Assembly: GCA_010909165.1 (NCBI GenBank)
Contig: VJWM01000107.1
Coordinates: forward strand, 992,001 to 1,056,000
Source: Anthoceros angustus
Lineage: Eukaryota; Plantae; Anthocerotophyta
Length of the DNA: 64,000 bases
Reading direction: 5' to 3'
Shown here: piece by piece, positions 62,041-64,000 of the stretch
Layout of the letters: every line of letters begins with the position of its first letter
Position numbering within the stretch: position 1 is the first letter of the stretch
Notes under the pieces: generated by a model
Databases searched by the model: none
The model's input: the letters and a program-made list of their open reading frames with translations, nothing else
What the model was told of the DNA's origin: nothing
Translations under genes and position numbers: made by a program

Positions 62041-64000
62041 ATGCCTCGTGGAGACAAGCGATTCGATCCGACCGGGGAAACGCTCGCAAGACGGCAAGCA
62101 ATGGAAAGATTGCAGAGTTACGAGGAGAGCACGGAGATCACACTTGGACGAGGAAGAGGCAGAGTCGGAGAATCGATCTTATCGGATTCGATTCCCAACC
62201 TCGACTATGAAGCGTACAGGCCGTGTACCCGATTCCACCTTGTCTTTTGATCTCGCCCAGTTGCCTAGACCACCGGTCCAACTGGAATGTAGAGGTCCCG
62301 CACGTAGTGGCCGCCAACTACCGCAGCGTTGAAAGTACTACCCCAGAAGGCGGCTGCGATTCGTGCATTACTAAGCAATCTTACCTGTAAGAAAAGAAGG
62401 GCCATGAGGATCCCGACGAGTTTGTCGAGCTTTTGAGCACTGACGCCAACCGTGAGGATGCGATCGTGCCCCACTGCTTTATGGAGTCTTACGCGAGCGG
62501 CGCCAAGTGGTACAAGCGGAGTACATAGCTTCCACACCCCCGCCTACTTTGGGGCCTTGAAGAGAGCTTTTGTGAAAGGTTCAGAGGGGTCGATGTGGAA
62601 GGATATGTCTTGTCCAAACTCGAGGAGGAGAGGAAGAAGGAGACACAGCTTATGTGGAAAGGTTCCACACGGATCGGGCCGGTCCGCACTGAGCTAATGG
62701 CCATTCGCGGTTTGCAAGAGGATTGGGCGCGAGATGGGAAGGCACGTGCCTCCACGAGAAAGATTTGGATCGACAAAAGCCTCGAACTATGAGGAGTCCA
62801 ACGCGAAGAGAAGAAGAACTCGAACAAGGGCGCACGGAAGGACAAAAAGAAATACAAAAAGAAGAAGAAGTACTATTCGCCCTCCTCGATAGCCATGGAG
62901 GAGGAAGAGGCGCTTCATCAAAGCGGGAAGGAAGAGAAGTCCAACCACAAAACGACGAGGGACTCGATGGAGTCGAAAAAAGGGCATGCGAATCCAAATG
63001 GACGGGAGCAAGGCACGCCACACTTAACGCGAGGGTTGCGATTTCGGATGGCATCACTGTGTAACTCCCTTAGCAGCCGAGACCGGATTCGAGGGTGAAG
63101 TGCAAACGAGGACATGGACGGTGGGACTCGAGTCGACACATGGGCGAAAACCCGCAAGAGGAAAAAAGGATGAGTCGCTCCCGGCGTCGTGGGAAGGTTA
63201 TGGATATGATCCGACAAGAATCGAACAGACCCCGTATTTTGGCCACATGACCCACCCACCGCCACCTGTTTCAACGACCGCAACATCTCAAACAGCCATC
63301 ATGCTGCGAAATGACGGTGGGGTTGGCAAGGAGAAACAGAAGCACACAGTGTTCCTTTCAATTTGACGCTATCATGGACCAAAAGTTCATGATAACGCTC
63401 GGACAGCTTCTCGTGGACAATCCTGCACCGCCAAAGAACTGGGGCATTGAAGGCGGCACAACCCAAGAAGAGAGAACCTTTCCACCCCAAGGCCGAAACC
63501 CTTTGTGAATATGGTGGCCATGATGGACTGAGACTGGAGCTATAGAAATTGGGATGTGTAATCAAGAAGGTGCCGCTAGATTCCGGTCGAGTCAACATCA
63601 TGACAGAGGAGACCGCCTAAGCTTGGGTTGAGATAGAACATACATCAAAGGTGTTCCGGACATGTCCAAAATGGCGCCGTAGGGGAGTTGACGGAGTCCT
63701 AACCCATATTGGTACCATTCACTCATGGACTACGTGGTCATTAAACAAAAAGCGCCTGTGGTATGAGGTTCTCATTGACGAACATGGATGTATGGGGCAC
63801 GTTGCACCTTCAAATGGGAGAAGGAAGTGGGATTCAAACCGGACGGGACCCCAAAATTAAGGAGGAAGGATATGTTTGACTTGGAGCAGATAATGAGACA
63901 CCCACAAACGGAGGGATACACCTCAAGATACCTGGGGAGAGGATGAGAAGGAGAAATTCCCATTCGCATATATTTCGTGGTCGATGAAGAGGACGAGAGA
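62041..64000 (+). CDS. gag-pol: Gag-protease polyprotein (frameshifted, runs off the window)
   Basis: Gag-like EDPDEFVELFE, AKWYKRS, FGALKRAFV, GYVLSKLEEERKKET. Aspartic protease KKVPLDSG..VNIMTEETA at ~63570. Confidence 0.75.

Larger units (their letters stand above)
58217..64000 (+). mobile_element. Athila/Tat-like Ty3/gypsy element (5' part) inserted in RING unit F
   Basis: The RING unit stops at atggtag (58215) and TGTAGACGC starts at 58217. The LTR ends TCCACA at 61954 and is followed by the PBS-like TGGCGCTGTCGGGAA (61958-61972). Gag and protease motifs lie downstream. Confidence 0.8.

Overview
Eukaryotic, repeat-dense plant nuclear DNA. The PPR gene style and the LTR families suggest a non-seed plant such as a fern or lycophyte (inference). 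The consensus is noisy and long-read-like, with many indels concentrated at CG/CHG sites, so frameshifts do not prove pseudogenes and the proteins below were stitched across frames by eye. The backbone is a gene array rich in E3 ubiquitin-ligase modules. It contains a coiled-coil/RING-HC cassette (9.5-11.6 kb, second poor copy 26.5-29.1 kb) and about 4.2 copies of a ~3.97 kb unit (24.6-58.2 kb), each unit carrying two RING-H2 ORFs, four ~63 bp repeats and two unassigned ORFs. Several LTR retrotransposons interrupt it: (1) a truncated Ty3/gypsy element (11.6-24.6 kb) carrying a complete Tnt1-like copia (13490-20230); (2) a complete chromoviral gypsy element (39202-52958, TSD AATGT) carrying a complete copia (43692-50708, TSD AGGAC); (3) an Athila/Tat-like element starting at 58217 with a ~3.7 kb LTR. 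A related giant, apparently solo LTR lies at 2844-9091, and a truncated PPR gene at 0.4-1.5 kb. The most notable observations are the amplified RING cassette, a homologous accessory ORF seen in two giant LTRs and in a copia leader, and seven 0.4-1.2 kb tandem duplications bounded by microhomology. No rRNA, tRNA or CRISPR features were found.
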